NCBI GenBank assembly: GCA_963748215.1
Contig: CAVVHS010000006.1
Coordinates: forward strand, 352,001-416,000
Length of the DNA: 64,000 nucleotides
Reading direction: 5' to 3'
Source: an uncultured Gammaproteobacteria bacterium
GTDB taxonomy: Bacteria > Pseudomonadota > Gammaproteobacteria > UBA9214
Shown: piece after piece, positions 63,089-64,000 of the stretch
Layout: every line of letters starts with the position of its first letter
How positions within the stretch are numbered: position 1 is the stretch's first letter
Made by a program: the position numbers and the translations under genes
The notes under the pieces: generated by a model
Told to the model about the DNA's origin: nothing
Seen by the model: only the letters and a program-made list of their open reading frames with translations
The model's database searches: none

Positions 63089-64000
63089 AATATTCACGCA
63101 TTACCGGCACCGGCAGTTACCTGCCGGAGAAGACCCTGACCAACCATGACCTGGAAAAGATCATGGACACCTCGGACAGCTGGATACGCGAGCGCACCGG
63201 CATTTACAAGCGCCACATCGCGGCCGGTGACGAGACCACCTGCGACCTGGCCGAGATCGCTGCCACGCGCGCCATGGAGGCAGCGGGCAAGACGCCGCGC
63301 CAGATCGACCTGATCGTATTCGCCACCACCACGCCCGACCGCGTGTTTCCCAGTACCGCCTGTCTTCTGCAGCAGCGGCTCGATATTCACGGCACCGCGG
63401 CCTTCGACATTCAGGCCGTCTGCACGGGGTTTGTCTATGCGCTGGGCGTGGCGGACAAGTTCATCAAGACCGGTGACGCGAAATGCGCGCTGGTGGTGGG
63501 GGCCGAGACACTGTCGCGCATCGTCAACTGGAATGATCGCGGCACCGCCATCCTGTTCGGTGACGGTGCCGGGGCCGTGGTGCTGGAGGCCAGCGATGAA
63601 CCCGGCATCCTGTCGACGCACCTGCACGCCGACGGCAGCTACGAACACCTGCTGACCGTGCCGAGCGGCATCTCCCAGGGCTACGAACACGTGCAGGCCG
63701 GCGAGGCCTACATACAGATGCAGGGCAACGAGGTGTTCAAGATGGCCGTGAACACACTGGGTCGTATCGTCGACGAGACGTTGGCGGCCAATAATATGGA
63801 AAAGTCCGATGTCGACTGGCTGATCCCGCACCAGGCCAACATCCGCATCATCCAGGCGACGGCCAAGAAACTGAAGATGTCGATGGACCGCGTGGTGGTC
63901 ACGGTCGACGAGCATGGCAACACCTCCGCGGCCTCGGTACCACTGGCCCTGGATACCGCCATCCGCGACGGTCGAATCAAGCGTGGCGAGGTGCTCCTGA
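63085..64000 (+). CDS. fabH: 3-oxoacyl-ACP synthase III (truncated by window end)
   Basis: [44 protein letters not shown]. Confidence 0.96.
   Translation, partial: MKYSRITGTGSYLPEKTLTNHDLEKIMDTSDSWIRERTGIYKRHIAAGDETTCDLAEIAATRAMEAAGKTPRQIDLIVFATTTPDRVFPSTACLLQQRLDIHGTAAFDIQAVCTGFVYALGVADKFIKTGDAKCALVVGAETLSRIVNWNDRGTAILFGDGAGAVVLEASDEPGILSTHLHADGSYEHLLTVPSGISQGYEHVQAGEAYIQMQGNEVFKMAVNTLGRIVDETLAANNMEKSDVDWLIPHQANIRIIQATAKKLKMSMDRVVVTVDEHGNTSAASVPLALDTAIRDGRIKRGEVLL

Overview
GC-rich chromosomal window from a sulfur-oxidising gammaproteobacterium. 1-16.8 kb: reverse-type dsrAB (minus strand, runs off the left edge) and a dsr-accessory region. That region holds a divergent, Fur-box-preceded operon (TauD-like dioxygenase, 63-aa protein, orphan Cas6 with no CRISPR array or other cas gene in the window), a cysteine-free DsrC/TusE paralogue, three more 2OG-Fe(II) oxygenases, an Alvin_2107-like protein, a TrpD-like protein and Sel1-dsrS-grxC-cysG. 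16.9-30.4 kb: uvrY-(Trx/NHL)-udg-uvrC-pgsA, tRNAs Gly/Cys/Leu, a LexA-boxed dinB plus minimal SRAP-like gene, an RpfC-like sensor with an AT-rich input domain, gltX-glnS, tRNAs Ala/Glu and a 169-bp tRNA-derived tandem repeat. 30.4-39 kb: a PilZ-TM-SPOR protein, a CPA2 antiporter and a decayed Lap type I secretion locus (lapE-, lapC- and lapA-like relics) in which lapD and lapG are intact. 39-64 kb: mostly core genes (lolE/D, comEC, exbBD, lpxK, kdsB, rne, rluC, sppA, maf, yceD, rpmF, plsX, fabH), with c-di-GMP genes and pyruvate carboxylase inserted. The single-base insertions in dsrAB, dinB and pycB look like assembly-consensus artefacts. All protein assignments come from motif recognition by eye; no database searches were run.
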